NCBI GenBank assembly: GCA_002840305.1
Contig: PHAI01000003.1
Coordinates: forward strand, 134,908-198,907
Source: Candidatus Falkowbacteria bacterium HGW-Falkowbacteria-1
GTDB taxonomy: Bacteria > Patescibacteriota > Patescibacteriia > Patescibacteriales > UBA12465
Length of the DNA: 64,000 nucleotides
Direction of reading: 5' to 3'
Under the pieces are notes generated by a model, which worked only from the letters and a program-made list of their open reading frames with translations, made no database searches and had not been told where the DNA came from. Below are positions 63,625 through 64,000 of this stretch, piece after piece; the stretch's first letter is position 1; every line of letters starts with the position of its first letter. The translations under genes and the position numbers were made by a program.

Positions 63625-64000
63625 ATGGAACATGCATTAATTTACTGCCGAGTCTCAACCGAGGAACAAGCCGAGGACGGCCACCATTCCCTTGCGACTC
63701 AGCTCAAGCTCTGTAAACGAGCGATTGAGGAAAGTAACAAATTCAAACTGATAGACGACGGCGTTTTTGAAGACCCTGGCCGATCAGCCACCAATATGAA
63801 CCGGCCAGGTCTGCAAGACATGCTACTTAAAATCCAAGACGACAAAACAATCAGAGCAGTTTTTATTCAAGACACTGACCGACTAGCCAGAAACGCTCTT
63901 GATCACATGCAGATCAAGGCGATTATGAAAAAGCATAATGTTGAACTTTTTTCTGTCTCCCAGCCAGGCATCACTGACAGTCCCGAGGGAAACTTTATGG
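63625..64000 (+). CDS. Serine recombinase (resolvase/invertase catalytic domain), 5' part only; runs off the window
   Basis: Not in the ORF track because no stop falls in the window. Hand translation gives MEHALIYCRVSTEEQAEDGHHSLATQLKLCKRAIE...IQDTDRLARN...FSVSQPG. That includes the 'YxRVSTxxQ' catalytic-Ser motif and the 'DRLAR' motif. Confidence 0.85.
   Translation, partial: MEHALIYCRVSTEEQAEDGHHSLATQLKLCKRAIEESNKFKLIDDGVFEDPGRSATNMNRPGLQDMLLKIQDDKTIRAVFIQDTDRLARNALDHMQIKAIMKKHNVELFSVSQPGITDSPEGNFM

Larger units (their letters stand above)
47298..64000. mobile_element. Integrative element (serine-recombinase type) carrying a defence operon; continues beyond the window
   Basis: There is an abrupt, visible rise in G+C at about 47.3 kb, where repeat copy C is truncated. 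A serine recombinase gene runs off the right edge. The cargo includes AbiE, Type III RM and phage/plasmid-like small regulators. The right end is not in the window. Confidence 0.6.

Overview
AT-rich bacterial chromosome segment. Genes are tightly packed, Shine-Dalgarno sites are weak or absent, and TAA stops predominate. The gene content suggests a reduced-genome Patescibacteria/CPR-type organism, but that lineage call is inference only. Standard genetic code: long intact ORFs, and TGA is used as a stop.

Backbone genes: rsmE, glmS, rpsF-ssb-rpsR-efp, an ECF sigma/anti-sigma/DUF333 operon, an RsuA/RluB-type pseudouridine synthase, pgeF, lgt, ppsA, comM/yifB, smc, a P-type ATPase, glgP and truB. 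There are three tRNAs: Pro-GGG, Ser-CGA and Leu-TAG.

Accessory region 1, a surface locus at about 19.4-31.1 kb:
- Seven tandem VirB2/TrbC-like pilin paralogues plus an eighth dispersed copy.
- These are transcribed divergently from three large polytopic (GT-C-like) membrane proteins and a GT2 polyprenyl-phosphate glycosyltransferase.
- No T4SS ATPase lies in the window.

Accessory region 2, a visibly higher-GC integrative element from about 47.3 kb past the window end:
- Its left junction can be inferred from a truncated local repeat.
- It carries a serine recombinase (partial at the window edge) and a plus-strand regulatory/replication-like module.
- It also carries one near-gapless 11-gene minus-strand operon: AbiEi-AbiEii, Type III Mod-Res, a membrane-anchored HerA-like ATPase, a DUF2779 nuclease, a 352-aa unknown, two very acidic small proteins (one missing from the ORF track), a Zn-ribbon/HTH protein, and a gene broken by an in-frame TGA.

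The HerA/DUF2779/unknown module is my best candidate for an undescribed defence system.

Other items: an unannotated 58-aa Lys/Val/Ala-repeat (histone H1-like) gene beside smc; three orphan gene cassettes that each have a consensus TTGACA-17-TATAAT-type promoter and share an upstream repeat; and several structured leaders and operators.
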